Assembly (NCBI GenBank): GCA_963665815.1
Contig: OY762463.1
Location: 2,144,001 to 2,208,000, forward strand
Reading direction: 5' to 3'
Length of the DNA stretch: 64,000 nt
Source: Candidatus Cloacimonadales bacterium
Lineage (GTDB): Bacteria; Cloacimonadota; Cloacimonadia; Cloacimonadales; JAIOQZ01
The notes under the pieces were generated by a model, which saw only the letters and a program-made list of their open reading frames with translations, ran no database searches and was not told the origin of the DNA. Made by a program: the position numbers and the translations under genes. This document shows, piece after piece, positions 32,914 through 43,566 of this stretch (position 1 is its first letter; each line of letters opens with the position of its first letter).

Positions 32914-33180
32914 TTATTTTGTTCTCTCAATTATCTTAGAAACAGTCCAGCGTTTGTTTCTACTTAAAGGTCTGCATTCCATAATCTGAACAGTATCGCC
33001 AATATTGCAATCATTGTTCTCATCATGAGCTTTGAACTTTTTGTGTTTACTTACAACTTTTTTGTAAAGCGGATGAGTAAACTGTCTTTTCACTCTGACA
33101 ACAACGGTCTTGTCCATTTTATTGCTTACTACTTCACCAATTTTGGTTACTTTGTTTGCTCTTTTCATTTCTGCTGCCAT
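32914..33180 (-). CDS. rpsQ: 30S ribosomal protein S17
   Basis: [23 protein letters not shown]. Confidence 0.98.
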   Translation of the reverse strand: MAAEMKRANKVTKIGEVVSNKMDKTVVVRVKRQFTHPLYKKVVSKHKKFKAHDENNDCNIGDTVQIMECRPLSRNKRWTVSKIIERTK

Positions 33181-33377
33181 TATGACCTCTTCTGTAATCT
33201 TTCTGTCTGGAGTGTTTTAATTCTGGCGATATCTTTCTTTAAATCTCTGATCTTATGGCTGTTTTCAAGCTGATTCATTGATTTCTGGAAACGGAGATTA
33301 AAAATCTCTTCACGGATATCATCCAGTTTCTGAACTAATTCTTCTTTGCTGAATTCTCGAAGTTCTGTCATTTTCAT
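33180..33377 (-). CDS. rpmC: 50S ribosomal protein L29
   Basis: [17 protein letters not shown]. Confidence 0.96.
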   Translation of the reverse strand: MKMTELREFSKEELVQKLDDIREEIFNLRFQKSMNQLENSHKIRDLKKDIARIKTLQTERLQKRS

Positions 33378-33793
33378 ACTTCAACTCCATCTCTTGCAAC
33401 TAATTTAGTTTTAATTGGCAGTTTGTGTCCTGCAAGTCTGAAAGCCTCTTTAGCTGTTTCAAGATCAACTCCGTTAATTTCAAACAGGATTCTTCCCGGT
33501 TTTACAACAGCAACCCAATATTCAGGAGCACCTTTACCTTTACCCATACGAGTTTCAGCTGGCTTCTGAGTAACAGGTTTATCAGGGAATATTCTTATCC
33601 AGACTTTACCTTTTCTTTGCATAGTACGAGTTAATGCCACACGAGCAGCCTCAATCTGACGACTTGTAATCCATGCATCTGTTACAGCTAACAGACCGTA
33701 ATCACCGAAATCGACATTGCAGCCACGGTAAGCAAGACCAGTTCTGCGGCCTCGCATTTGCTTTCTATGTTTTACTTTTCTTGGTGCTAACAT
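33374..33793 (-). CDS. rplP: 50S ribosomal protein L16
   Basis: [22 protein letters not shown]. Confidence 0.98.
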   Translation of the reverse strand: MLAPRKVKHRKQMRGRRTGLAYRGCNVDFGDYGLLAVTDAWITSRQIEAARVALTRTMQRKGKVWIRIFPDKPVTQKPAETRMGKGKGAPEYWVAVVKPGRILFEINGVDLETAKEAFRLAGHKLPIKTKLVARDGVEV

Positions 33794-33821
33794 TGATATC
33801 TCCTTAATCTACGAAAGATTC

Positions 33822-34466
33822 TTACAGAATCTCTCCCCTGTAGATCCATACTTTAATTCCAATGATGCCATATGTTGTTTCACATTCAGTTAAAGCATAA
33901 TCAATATCTGAACGCAGTGTATGAAGAGGTGTTCTACCTTCCTGATATCTTTCGGTTCTTGCCATTTCAGCTCCACCGAGACGACCGGAACATTGAACTT
34001 TGATTCCTTCAGCACCATCTCTCATCGCATTTCTTAATGCAACTTTCATAGCTCTTCTGAAAGATACTCTCTGATTCAATTGACGAGAGATTTCTTCACC
34101 AACGAGCATTGCATCAGTCCATGGTTTCTTGATTTCGTGTATATTAATGAAAACACTCTGATTAATATTTTTACCTTTGTTAACCAGAATGGTTATTTCG
34201 TTTCTTAGACTTTCTATTTCTGAACCTTTTCTACCGATCACCTGTCCCGGACGAGCTGTATGAATATCAATGTTGATTGAATTCACTTTTCGGTATATAT
34301 AGATTCTGGAAACCATAGATCTCTGAAGTCTGTTTTTGAGATATTTTCTAAGCTTCAGATCTTCCATGAAGTTGTCTACATATGTTTTACCTGTCGCAAA
34401 CCAGACAGATTCCGTACCTTTGTTAACTCCCACTCGGAAAGCAATTGGATTAATCTTTTGTCCCAA
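33822..34466 (-). CDS. rpsC: 30S ribosomal protein S3
   Basis: MGQKINP, SGRLGGAEMARTE, PLHTLR.DIDY. Confidence 0.98.
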   Translation of the reverse strand: MGQKINPIAFRVGVNKGTESVWFATGKTYVDNFMEDLKLRKYLKNRLQRSMVSRIYIYRKVNSINIDIHTARPGQVIGRKGSEIESLRNEITILVNKGKNINQSVFINIHEIKKPWTDAMLVGEEISRQLNQRVSFRRAMKVALRNAMRDGAEGIKVQCSGRLGGAEMARTERYQEGRTPLHTLRSDIDYALTECETTYGIIGIKVWIYRGEIL

Positions 34467-34475
34467 GAATTCCTC

Positions 34476-34817
34476 CTATTCCTTATCGTCAGAAATTCCG
34501 AGAGTTATGTGGCATGATCTGCGTCTGATTATTGTCGCTCTGCCATGTGCTCTCATTCTATATCTTTTCATTATTGGACCGTCATCAGCCATTGCCTGAT
34601 GTACAGCCATGTTATCGATTTCGGCTTTACCTTCTTTAACTGTGGCATTAGCAATTGCTGCATTAAGCAGTTTTGCTATGTCGTGCGCTACTCTTTTCTT
34701 TGAAAAAGTAAGAATATTCTGAGCTTCCTGTACACTCTTACCACGGATTAAATCCAGTACCAGTCGTGCTTTACGGGCTGAGCCTCTTAAGTTTTTTACT
34801 CTAGCGAAAGCTTCCAT
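34476..34817 (-). CDS. rplV: 50S ribosomal protein L22
   Basis: SARKARLV.DLIRGK, RAHGRA. Confidence 0.97.
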   Translation of the reverse strand: MEAFARVKNLRGSARKARLVLDLIRGKSVQEAQNILTFSKKRVAHDIAKLLNAAIANATVKEGKAEIDNMAVHQAMADDGPIMKRYRMRAHGRATIIRRRSCHITLGISDDKE

Positions 34818-34832
34818 TATAACCCCTTACTG

Positions 34833-35108
34833 TTATCTACCTTTTTTCTTTTTATCTTTATGACCACGATAGGTACGAGTTGGAGAGAATTCACCAAGCT
34901 TATGTCCTACCATATTTTCTGATACATACACCGGTACAAACTTTCTTCCGTTATATACTGCAAAAGTATGTCCAATGAAATCAGGAATGATAGTAGATCT
35001 TCTTGACCATGTCTTTATAACTGCTTTCTTACTTTCATCATTCAATTTTTCAACTTTAGTCAAAAGATGATCATCTACGAATGGTCCTTTCTTTATTGAT
35101 CGAGCCAT
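34833..35108 (-). CDS. rpsS: 30S ribosomal protein S19
   Basis: [26 protein letters not shown]. Confidence 0.98.
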   Translation of the reverse strand: MARSIKKGPFVDDHLLTKVEKLNDESKKAVIKTWSRRSTIIPDFIGHTFAVYNGRKFVPVYVSENMVGHKLGEFSPTRTYRGHKDKKKKGR

Positions 35109-35124
35109 GTTATTCCTCCGTCAA

Positions 35125-35958
35125 TTACTTCTTCTTCTTCTTGGATTTAATAATATACTGATCTGAATACTTACGTTTTTTACGAGTTTTTCCGCCTTTA
35201 GCAAGAACACCCCATGGTGATACAGGATGACGTCCACCGGAAGTTTTACCTTCACCACCACCCATTGGGTGATCAACAGGGTTCATTACAACACCACGAA
35301 CAGTAGGTCTGATCCCAAGCCATCTTTTACGTCCGGCTTTACCGTAAGAAATCAGGTTGTGTTCAATGTTTCCTACTTGACCGATTGTTGCAAGACATTC
35401 TTCTCTAAGTAAGTATACATCATTCGAAGGCATTTTTACATGTACATATCCATCTTCTTTAGCAACAACTTGTGCAAAAGCACCGGCACTACGTGCAATC
35501 TGTCCACCTCTTCCCGGTTTGAACTCAACGTTGTGAACTGTTGAACCAAGAGGAATCTTAGCGAGCGGCATTGCATTACCGATTCTGATTGAAGCTTGAG
35601 GTCCGGACATAACCTGATCACCAACATTGAGTCCAACAGGAGCAAGAATATATCTTTTTTCACCATCAACATAGTGTAATAAAGCGATTCTGGCACTTCT
35701 GTTTGGATCGTACTCAATTGTTGCAACCTTTGCAGGTACATCATGCTTATTTCTCTTGAAGTCAATGATTCTGTAATGACGGCGATGTCCACCACCTCTG
35801 TGGCGACATGTGATACGACCGTGGTTGTTACGGCCGGCTGTCTTTCTCATTGGCTCAAGTAATGATTTTTCAGGTGTTGACGTTGTTATTTCTTCGAACG
35901 TATATCCTGTTTTATAACGTTGTGTCGGGGTAATCGGTCTATATTTTTTAATTCCCAT
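35125..35958 (-). CDS. rplB: 50S ribosomal protein L2
   Basis: [22 protein letters not shown]. Confidence 0.99.
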   Translation of the reverse strand: MGIKKYRPITPTQRYKTGYTFEEITTSTPEKSLLEPMRKTAGRNNHGRITCRHRGGGHRRHYRIIDFKRNKHDVPAKVATIEYDPNRSARIALLHYVDGEKRYILAPVGLNVGDQVMSGPQASIRIGNAMPLAKIPLGSTVHNVEFKPGRGGQIARSAGAFAQVVAKEDGYVHVKMPSNDVYLLREECLATIGQVGNIEHNLISYGKAGRKRWLGIRPTVRGVVMNPVDHPMGGGEGKTSGGRHPVSPWGVLAKGGKTRKKRKYSDQYIIKSKKKKK

Positions 35959-35969
35959 TCTTTACTCCC

Positions 35970-36257
35970 TTACATTTCAAAGTCAGGTATATTCTGACCT
36001 TCTTTCAAGGTCACAATTGCTTTCTTCCAGTCAGGACGTTTACCACGAATATATCGTACTCGTTTGTTTTTTCCACGCTGGTTGATTGTGTTTACTCTGA
36101 CTACGTCTACAGAAAATATTTTTTCTATTGCTTTTTTGATTTCAATTTTGTTAGCATTTACACTTACTCGGAATGTAAAGCTGTTAAATTGAGTTCTTGC
36201 CTGAGTTGATTTTTCAGTAACCATAGGTGCAATTACTATTTCTCTTGGATGTTTCAT
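35970..36257 (-). CDS. rplW: 50S ribosomal protein L23
   Basis: PMVTEKS, ANKIEIKKAIE, WKKAIVTL. Confidence 0.97.
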   Translation of the reverse strand: MKHPREIVIAPMVTEKSTQARTQFNSFTFRVSVNANKIEIKKAIEKIFSVDVVRVNTINQRGKNKRVRYIRGKRPDWKKAIVTLKEGQNIPDFEM

Positions 36258-36889
36258 TTTCCGAAAACCTCCTCAACTTTTTTCAGAGCACTTTCTGTAA
36301 TAACTACATTATTACAGTTAAGTACTTCATAAGCATGAACACAATCAGCTCTGTCCATGAAGATTCCCTGGATGTTGGAGAATGATTTAACAATGCTTGT
36401 ATCACTTCCATCAACGAGAATCAGACTTTTTTTATCGCTTAATCCGATTTTGTTTAATAATGCTATAGCTTCTTTAATACTTGGTTTGTCGAATTTCAAA
36501 TCTTCGATTACAGATACTTTTCCATCTCTTGCACGATTTGTCAGAGCAACTTTTAAAGCCAGTCTTTTCTTTTTCTTAGGAATCGGTGTGTACCAATCTT
36601 TTGGGATTGGTCCAAATGCGTTACCGCCACCAACTCTAACTACTGTACGTCTGTTACCAACACGAGCATTACCTGTACCTTTTTGACGGAACAGCTTACG
36701 TCCTGATCCTTTTACATCTGATCTGAACTTAACTGCTGCTGTTCCCTGTCTTTGATTTGCACGGTACATCTTTACAACTTCATATATCAATGCATGAGGG
36801 TTTTTAGCTTCTACATCGAAAATGTTCTGAGGTAATTCAACCTTGCCGATCTGATCACCTTTGCTTGAATATTTTGTAGCTTCTACCAT
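36254..36889 (-). CDS. rplD: 50S ribosomal protein L4
   Basis: RQGT, RQKGTGNAR, GGGNAFGP; start reassigned to MVEAT. Confidence 0.97.
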   Translation of the reverse strand: MVEATKYSSKGDQIGKVELPQNIFDVEAKNPHALIYEVVKMYRANQRQGTAAVKFRSDVKGSGRKLFRQKGTGNARVGNRRTVVRVGGGNAFGPIPKDWYTPIPKKKKRLALKVALTNRARDGKVSVIEDLKFDKPSIKEAIALLNKIGLSDKKSLILVDGSDTSIVKSFSNIQGIFMDRADCVHAYEVLNCNNVVITESALKKVEEVFGK

Positions 36890-36901
36890 TTTCAACCTCT
36901 A

Positions 36902-37525
36902 CTAAATCTCTTTCTTAAGATACACAATACTGTTACGGTGTCCCGGAATTGCTCCCTTAACCATAAGCAAATTGTTTTCTGTATCTACTTTAACAATTCT
37001 AAGATTCTTTACTGTAATTTGTTCAACACCTTTATGTCCGGCCATTTTTTTACCTTTCATAACTCTTGCCGGTGTTGCACACTGACCGATTGATCCGGGA
37101 CCACGATATGATTCATGAACACCATGACTCATTTTAAATCCTGAAAATCCGTGTCTTTTCATTACACCTGCGAATCCCTTACCCTTTGATACACCTTCAA
37201 TAGTTACAAGCTCATTTTGTTGGAACATTGACACATCAAAAGTTTCGCCTTCTTCAATATCAGTATACATTTTAAGACGGAATTCTTTTACGAATCTGTA
37301 CATTTTACTGTTATGCTTTTTAAAATGATTTACTTGAGATTTCCTTAATTTTCTTTCCTGAATCTCTTCATATCCGAGCTGAACTGAATTATAACCTTCT
37401 TTTTCAACAGATTTTCTCTGAATTACTGAACATGGACCAGCTTGAATTACAGTTACAGGAATCACTTGACCGTCTTCATTAAAGAACTGAGTCATCCCAA
37501 GTTTTTTACCTATTAATCCGATCAT
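36902..37525 (-). CDS. rplC: 50S ribosomal protein L3
   Basis: GKKLGMTQ, SKGKGFAGVMKRH, GKKMAG. Confidence 0.98.
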   Translation of the reverse strand: MIGLIGKKLGMTQFFNEDGQVIPVTVIQAGPCSVIQRKSVEKEGYNSVQLGYEEIQERKLRKSQVNHFKKHNSKMYRFVKEFRLKMYTDIEEGETFDVSMFQQNELVTIEGVSKGKGFAGVMKRHGFSGFKMSHGVHESYRGPGSIGQCATPARVMKGKKMAGHKGVEQITVKNLRIVKVDTENNLLMVKGAIPGHRNSIVYLKKEI

Positions 37526-37536
37526 CTTCAGCTCCT

Positions 37537-37848
37537 TTAAGTCTTAATCTCTACGTGAACACCAGCTGGAAGACTGAGCTTCTTTAGTGCACCGGTTGTT
37601 TGAGGTGTAGGATTAACGATATCGATAAGTCTTTTGTGAACCAGCATCTCAAATTGATCCTGTGACTTCTTGTTCACGTGTGGTGAACGGAGTACAGTAT
37701 AAAGAGATCTTTCAGTTGGAAGAGGGATAGGACCTTTAACTCTTGCACCTGTGTTTCTTGTACTTTCAATAATTTCAGCAACTGATCTGTCTAAAAGACG
37801 ATAATCGTAGGCTTTTAATCTGATTCTGATACGATTTGCTTTAGCCAT
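37537..37848 (-). CDS. rpsJ: 30S ribosomal protein S10
   Basis: [26 protein letters not shown]; start set at MAKANR after GGAGG. Confidence 0.98.
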   Translation of the reverse strand: MAKANRIRIRLKAYDYRLLDRSVAEIIESTRNTGARVKGPIPLPTERSLYTVLRSPHVNKKSQDQFEMLVHKRLIDIVNPTPQTTGALKKLSLPAGVHVEIKT

Positions 37849-37859
37849 CATGACCTCCA

Positions 37860-39053
37860 CTAGTCATCAATTACATCACCGACAACGCCAGCGCCGATAG
37901 TTCTTCCACCTTCACGAATAGCGAAGCGAAGACCTTTCTCCATAGCGATCGGAGTAATAAGTTCTACGTCTACTGTTACGTTATCACCTGGCATTACCAT
38001 TTCTACACCTTCTGGTAATGTAAGACTTCCTGTAACGTCTGTTGTTCTAAAGTAAAACTGTGGGCGGTAACCGCTGAAGAATGGCTTATGTCGTCCACCT
38101 TCATCTTTGGTTAATACATAAGTTTCACCTTTGAACTTTGTGTGTGGAGTGATGGATTTTGGCTTAGCAAGTACCATTCCACGCTCTACATCGCTCTTAG
38201 CCATGCCGCGAAGAAGAATACCTACGTTATCTCCAGCTTCTCCTTGTTCAAGAATCTTACGGAACATTTCTACACCGGTACATACTACTTCTACTGTTTC
38301 GCGGATACCGATACGTGACATCTTTTCTCCCATCTTGATTACGCCACGCTCAATTTTACCTGTCGCTACTGTTCCACGACCAGGAATTGAGAATACGTCC
38401 TCAACAGGCATTAAGAATGGTCTGTCTGTATCACGCTCTGGAAGCGGTACATACTCATCTACTCTGTCCATCAGTTCTTGAATCTGTGCTTCACCTTCAG
38501 GATCTGCATTAAGAGCTTTCAAAGCTGATCCCATTACGATTGGAATATCGTCGCCTGGGAAATCATATTCTGATAATAAGTCTCTTACTTCAAGCTCTAC
38601 AAGTTCTAATAATTCTTCATCATCTACGAGATCGCATTTGTTAAGAAATACTACCATTGCTGGGACTCCAACCTGACGCGCAAGAAGGATGTGCTCTCGT
38701 GTCTGAGGCATTGGACCGTCTGCTGCACTTACTACAAGTATAGCGCCGTCCATCTGAGCTGCGCCGGTAATCATGTTCTTTACATAATCCGCGTGACCTG
38801 GACAATCCACGTGTGCGTAGTGACGGTTGTCTGTCTCATACTCTACGTGTGCTGTTGCGATGGTAATACCACGCTCACGCTCTTCCGGTGCGTTGTCAAT
38901 ACTGTCGAATGATCTGAATTCTGCAGCTCCACCCTTTTTCTTACTCAGATAAAGAGTTATTGCTGCTGTCAATGTTGTTTTTCCATGATCAACGTGGCCT
39001 ATTGTACCAATGTTGACATGAGGTTTCGTGCGAACAAATTTTTCTTTCGCCAT
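37860..39053 (-). CDS. tuf: Elongation factor Tu (copy heading the S10 operon)
   Basis: Protein identical to the 13054-14247 copy. Confidence 0.99.
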   Translation of the reverse strand: MAKEKFVRTKPHVNIGTIGHVDHGKTTLTAAITLYLSKKKGGAAEFRSFDSIDNAPEERERGITIATAHVEYETDNRHYAHVDCPGHADYVKNMITGAAQMDGAILVVSAADGPMPQTREHILLARQVGVPAMVVFLNKCDLVDDEELLELVELEVRDLLSEYDFPGDDIPIVMGSALKALNADPEGEAQIQELMDRVDEYVPLPERDTDRPFLMPVEDVFSIPGRGTVATGKIERGVIKMGEKMSRIGIRETVEVVCTGVEMFRKILEQGEAGDNVGILLRGMAKSDVERGMVLAKPKSITPHTKFKGETYVLTKDEGGRHKPFFSGYRPQFYFRTTDVTGSLTLPEGVEMVMPGDNVTVDVELITPIAMEKGLRFAIREGGRTIGAGVVGDVIDD

Positions 39054-39297
39054 TGTTCCTCCTTAAAGATCTAAAATCTCCGAACAACAAGCGGAGATTG
39101 AATTTTGAAATACAATATTTCTTGTGATTGCCGAAAATCCACATACCTGTCTTTATGTCAATTTTTTTCTATTTTTTTATCCAATATTATGTAATTTTAA
39201 CATTTTTAAGCATTTAACCTTTAGTGAGATAGACTAATACTTTGTTGTATAAATTAATTTTTCTGTACATCATCATCTGCTTTTTTACTATTGTGAA

Positions 39298-40473
39298 ATG
39301 GTAAACAAAATATATAAAAATGTTAACAAAATCATCAGAAAAAATCTTCTACCTGATCCGTATTTTGGTGCTAAATATGCCTGTAGTCCTTATGCATCCT
39401 GCCTGCATGCCTGTAAATACTGCGATGGTAGAGCTGAAAAGTATCATGTTGAAGGTAATTTTGAAAAAGATATTACTATACGGAAAAATTTTGTTGAAAT
39501 TTTTTCAAAGGATCTTGCAAATTTACGAGAACCCGGTACAATTTCCTTTGGGTCAGGTATAAGCGATCCTTATCAAGTTATAGAGGAAGATGAGGAATTC
39601 TTCCGAGATTGTATACCTCTATTGTATGATACTAACCTTTCATTATCATTCATGACAAAATCATCACTTATATTAAGAGATATCGATATACTTACTCCCC
39701 TTGCAGAAAAAGGTAAGCTCCAAATCATGGTTTCGATTGCCCATATTGACGATACTATTCGAGAACTTTTCGAGCCCAATGCTTCACCTATCAACGAAAG
39801 ATTTGAAATACTGCAGCGATTCAAGGAAATTGGAGCATACACCGGCGTACTTGCAATGCCTTTTCTTCCTGGAATATCAGATTCTCGTGAATCAATAGAA
39901 GCTTTGCTAAGAGCTTCAATAAAAGCAGGTGCTGATTTTGTTATGCCAGGTGGTTTGACTCTTCGACCCGGTAGGCAGAAAGATATGTATTTATCCGTTA
40001 TTGAAAAGCATTATCCAGAGTTATCAGGACTTTATACAGAGATGTACAGTGAGGAACGGCTTTCGGGAGGACCTTCGAATATTTATCAAAAATCCTTATC
40101 CGAAAAATATTGGACTCTCATTGAAAAGTATGGTATTAATTCACAGGTTGAGCATCGATTTTACAGGTCAAATTATGCTCTGTATGATGAAATCTTTATT
40201 CTATTAAATCACATGAAGAATATATACATCAATTCAGATAGAATTAACATCTTAAAATCAGCATACAAGAAATATTGTCACTGGTTACAGACTGAGAAGA
40301 AGAAGTTTAATAGACAACGTTCTCTTAAATACACTCAGTTAGAGGATATGACAAAGTACGCATTGTTTGAGAAGAAAATCATCTTTAATAATGATAGACT
40401 TATTAATTTTTTGTTAGAAGCAACATCCAAAGATCACTTTTTTGATTATCGCAGTAGATTATTAACGAGCTAA
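39298..40473 (+). CDS. Radical SAM protein, SPL-like/Rv2578c-type family
   Basis: PYASCLHACKYC (CxxxCxxC), SDPYQ, TKS.LILRD, FEPNASP..ER, MPFLPGISD. Confidence 0.88.
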   Translation: MVNKIYKNVNKIIRKNLLPDPYFGAKYACSPYASCLHACKYCDGRAEKYHVEGNFEKDITIRKNFVEIFSKDLANLREPGTISFGSGISDPYQVIEEDEEFFRDCIPLLYDTNLSLSFMTKSSLILRDIDILTPLAEKGKLQIMVSIAHIDDTIRELFEPNASPINERFEILQRFKEIGAYTGVLAMPFLPGISDSRESIEALLRASIKAGADFVMPGGLTLRPGRQKDMYLSVIEKHYPELSGLYTEMYSEERLSGGPSNIYQKSLSEKYWTLIEKYGINSQVEHRFYRSNYALYDEIFILLNHMKNIYINSDRINILKSAYKKYCHWLQTEKKKFNRQRSLKYTQLEDMTKYALFEKKIIFNNDRLINFLLEATSKDHFFDYRSRLLTS

Positions 40474-40474
40474 T

Positions 40475-40509
40475 AAAAAAAGACCTGCTGAATCAGCAGG
40501 TCCTTCTTT
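40475..40509. terminator. Probably bidirectional terminator between radical SAM gene and pilC
   Basis: A-run-GACCTGCTG-aat-CAGCAGGTC-T-rich. Confidence 0.85.
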
Positions 40510-40528
40510 ATCTAATAGTATAATCAAC

Positions 40529-41782
40529 TTATTTCATACCTGAACTCATAGCAAGACCGAGGTTGAAAACCGGAAGGTAAATTACAATAATAATACCACC
40601 GACAACAACAGCCATGATAATAATAAGTACTGGCTCTATAAGTGATGTTAATCTTTCGATAACTGAATCCACAAGTTTTTCGTAGAATTCAGCTGCTTTC
40701 ATTAACAGAGAGTCCATATCCCCTGTTTCCTCACCAGTACTGGCAAGCTGAAGCAGAGTTGATGGGAAAACACCTGTTTTCTTGAAAGCTCCTGAAACAC
40801 TATAACCTTCTTTCACCATAACCTGTGATCTAACGATTGCATCACTGATTACTGCGTTTTGAACAACGTTTTGTGAAAGTTTCATAACTTCCATAATCGG
40901 TACACCGGCACCCATAAGGATACTGAAAGTTCTGGCGAACTTACTCATTACTGAGTTAAGCTTCATACTCCCTACAACAGGAAGTCTCAGATTAATCGTA
41001 TCCATAATGAACCGTCCCCGGTCAGTAAGATATATAAGGTAAAGTGAAACAATGAATGCTAAAATTAAAGAAATAGTTATAACCCAGTGAGTTCTTACCC
41101 AGTCTGAGACTGCAATAGCAACCAAAGTTGGTGCCGGAAGGTCGGCATCGTATCTGGAATACACTTCTGCAAACTTAGGTATTAACCAGTAGAACATAAC
41201 TCCGATGATAACAGCGAGGAAACAGAGAATAAATATAGGATAAACCATTGCTGAGTTAACCTTTCTCTTCATATCTTCAATACGTTCCAGATAATCTGCA
41301 AGGTCTGTGAGTACAGTATGCAGTGTACCGGAAACTTCCCCTGCTTTCACAAGAGAAACGTAAAGAGCGTTGAAAACACCTGGGTGTTGTTCCATTGCTT
41401 CAGAAAGGCTGAAACCTTTTCTGATATCATCATTCATTTTTTTAAGCACTCTTTTGAATTTTACATTTTTTTCTTCTTTTTCAAGATCGCCTAAGGATTT
41501 TTCAATAGTAAGACCTGCAGAAAACATCGTAGCCATCTGACGTGTGAAGAAAACAATCTGTTTCAAACTTACACCGGTTCTCCATTTGTAGAACTCAAGC
41601 ATAAGTCTGTCAAAGAGAGTGTCTTTACCGGCGAAAGCACTTTCAGCAGCACTTTTCACCGAGATAATAGTTGCACCTTCTTTAGTCAGCTTTTCTACAG
41701 CTTCGTCAAGACCACCGGCTTTAATGATACCTTCAAGCCTTGCACCTTTTGCATCTTTGATTATATAAGCAAAATTTGCCAT
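40529..41782 (-). CDS. pilC: Type IV pilus platform protein PilC (T2SS F family)
   Basis: FTRQMATM..AG, AGEVSGTL, AMVYP, GEETG, LIEP. Confidence 0.95.
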   Translation of the reverse strand: MANFAYIIKDAKGARLEGIIKAGGLDEAVEKLTKEGATIISVKSAAESAFAGKDTLFDRLMLEFYKWRTGVSLKQIVFFTRQMATMFSAGLTIEKSLGDLEKEEKNVKFKRVLKKMNDDIRKGFSLSEAMEQHPGVFNALYVSLVKAGEVSGTLHTVLTDLADYLERIEDMKRKVNSAMVYPIFILCFLAVIIGVMFYWLIPKFAEVYSRYDADLPAPTLVAIAVSDWVRTHWVITISLILAFIVSLYLIYLTDRGRFIMDTINLRLPVVGSMKLNSVMSKFARTFSILMGAGVPIMEVMKLSQNVVQNAVISDAIVRSQVMVKEGYSVSGAFKKTGVFPSTLLQLASTGEETGDMDSLLMKAAEFYEKLVDSVIERLTSLIEPVLIIIMAVVVGGIIIVIYLPVFNLGLAMSSGMK

Positions 41783-41798
41783 AATCTATCCTTTGGGT

Positions 41799-43505
41799 TT
41801 ATTCTTCTGCGTACGTTAACTTGATCACTTCTTTAATAGTAGTGACACCTTTTTTCATTTTTTTAAGCGCACTAACGTGCAGAGTGTCCATATCGTTCTC
41901 TAACGCAGCTTCTCTGATTAGATCCTGATTTGCACTATTGAATATCAAGTGTCTTACATTTTTCTTTACTTCAAGAATTTCAAAGATACCGGTTCTACCT
42001 TTGTAACCAGTGTTATCACAGTGAACACAACCGGTTCCATGGTAGAATTTAACATCTTTTGCTTCCTCAAGAGTCATACCAGCATCAATAATTTCATCTT
42101 CTGTTGGGGTATACTCAGTCTTACAGTTAGGACATATTTTCCTTACAAGACGCTGAGCCATCACAAGGTTAAGTGAAGATCCAACAAGATAAGCTGGAAT
42201 TCCAATGTCAATAAGACGAGTAACTGTAGAAGGAGCATCATTAGCGTGAAGTGTAGTGAACACTAAGTGACCGGTAAGTGAGAACTTGATAGCTATGTCA
42301 GCTGTTTCATGGTCTCGAATCTCACCAATAAGTACAACATCAGGGTCCTGACGAAGGACTGATCTCAGAGCTGAAGCAAAGGTTAACCCAATTTTTTCAT
42401 TTGCTTCTATCTGTGATATACCTTCAAGTCGATACTCAACAGGATCCTCAACAGTAACGATGTTATTTTCTATATTCTGAATTTCTTTAAGAGCGGCGTG
42501 AAGTGTTGTGGATTTACCACTACCGGTAGGACCGGATACAATGATAATACCGTATGGTCTGTGAATCCATTTACGGAAAACTGTGAAGTGTTCCTCTTCA
42601 AAACCAAGTGTAGTAAGTTTGAATCCGAAGTCACCCTTATCAAGGAGACGCATAACCACTTTTTCACCAAGAACGTTTGGAGTAATGGATACACGGACAT
42701 CAACTGCTTTTACTTTTGATCTGAGAGAAATGTGACCATCCTGAGGAAGACGTCTTTCAGCAATATTAAGTTTTGACATAACCTTAATAATTGAAACAAG
42801 ACCTTGATGCATTCCAATAGGAGGATTCATCACTTCACGAAGGGCACCGTCAATACGGAATCTGACGCGAGTGGTTTTTGATAATGGCTCAATGTGAATA
42901 TCAGTACAATTTGATTTGATAGCTTCCTGAATGATAAGATTACACAGTTTTACAACTGGAGCATCTTCATCAACCTGTTTATCAAGATCAATTTCTTCTT
43001 CTTCATCACCGACTGCAACGAAATCAAATCCACCAACAGCACTATCCACTTCGTTTGATGTTCTGATAGATTTATAATGTCTTTCCAATGTATCAGATAA
43101 TGTTGATTCTCCAATGAGAACAGCTCTAAATGGTTTTGGAAGAATTTTCTTCAGAGCATCATGTATGATTATATTTTCCGGATCTGTCATTGCAACAATA
43201 ATCATCTGTTCAGTTTCCTGAATAGCGATAACTCTGTTTTCAACAGCAAACGGTTCCGGAATATATCGAACGGTTTCAGAATCTAATTCAGTAAGGTCAT
43301 TTCTGTCAACAACATCAAGTTCAAGTTGTTCCTTGAGAGATTTCAGAAGTTGTTCTTCTGTAATATGACCTAATTTTATAAGTGTTTCACCAAGCTTGAG
43401 ATTAAAGTTTCCCTGCTTAGCAAGTCCTTCATTAATCTGGCTTTCTGTAGCGAAACCATAATGAATTAATACTTCACCAATTCTTGCAAATTGCGGATTA
43501 AACAT
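41799..43505 (-). CDS. pilB: Type IV pilus extension ATPase PilB with MshEN domain
   Basis: GPTGSGKSTT, TVEDPVEY, LRQDPDV..GEIRD, CPNC..CVHC Zn site. Confidence 0.95.
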   Translation of the reverse strand: MFNPQFARIGEVLIHYGFATESQINEGLAKQGNFNLKLGETLIKLGHITEEQLLKSLKEQLELDVVDRNDLTELDSETVRYIPEPFAVENRVIAIQETEQMIIVAMTDPENIIIHDALKKILPKPFRAVLIGESTLSDTLERHYKSIRTSNEVDSAVGGFDFVAVGDEEEEIDLDKQVDEDAPVVKLCNLIIQEAIKSNCTDIHIEPLSKTTRVRFRIDGALREVMNPPIGMHQGLVSIIKVMSKLNIAERRLPQDGHISLRSKVKAVDVRVSITPNVLGEKVVMRLLDKGDFGFKLTTLGFEEEHFTVFRKWIHRPYGIIIVSGPTGSGKSTTLHAALKEIQNIENNIVTVEDPVEYRLEGISQIEANEKIGLTFASALRSVLRQDPDVVLIGEIRDHETADIAIKFSLTGHLVFTTLHANDAPSTVTRLIDIGIPAYLVGSSLNLVMAQRLVRKICPNCKTEYTPTEDEIIDAGMTLEEAKDVKFYHGTGCVHCDNTGYKGRTGIFEILEVKKNVRHLIFNSANQDLIREAALENDMDTLHVSALKKMKKGVTTIKEVIKLTYAEE

Positions 43506-43566
43506 AACGACTTTAAAACTCCTTTATGCAGTGAAGGTTTCGTTAAAAACCTTCACATCATTTTAT

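Noticed and set aside
717-38912. Many plus-strand ORFs opposite ribosomal, rpo and tuf genes (e.g. 13325-13675 and its twin 38131-38481, 17697-18500, 32081-32539)
   Set aside because: Antisense shadows from codon bias; no SD or motifs; duplicated only because tuf is duplicated
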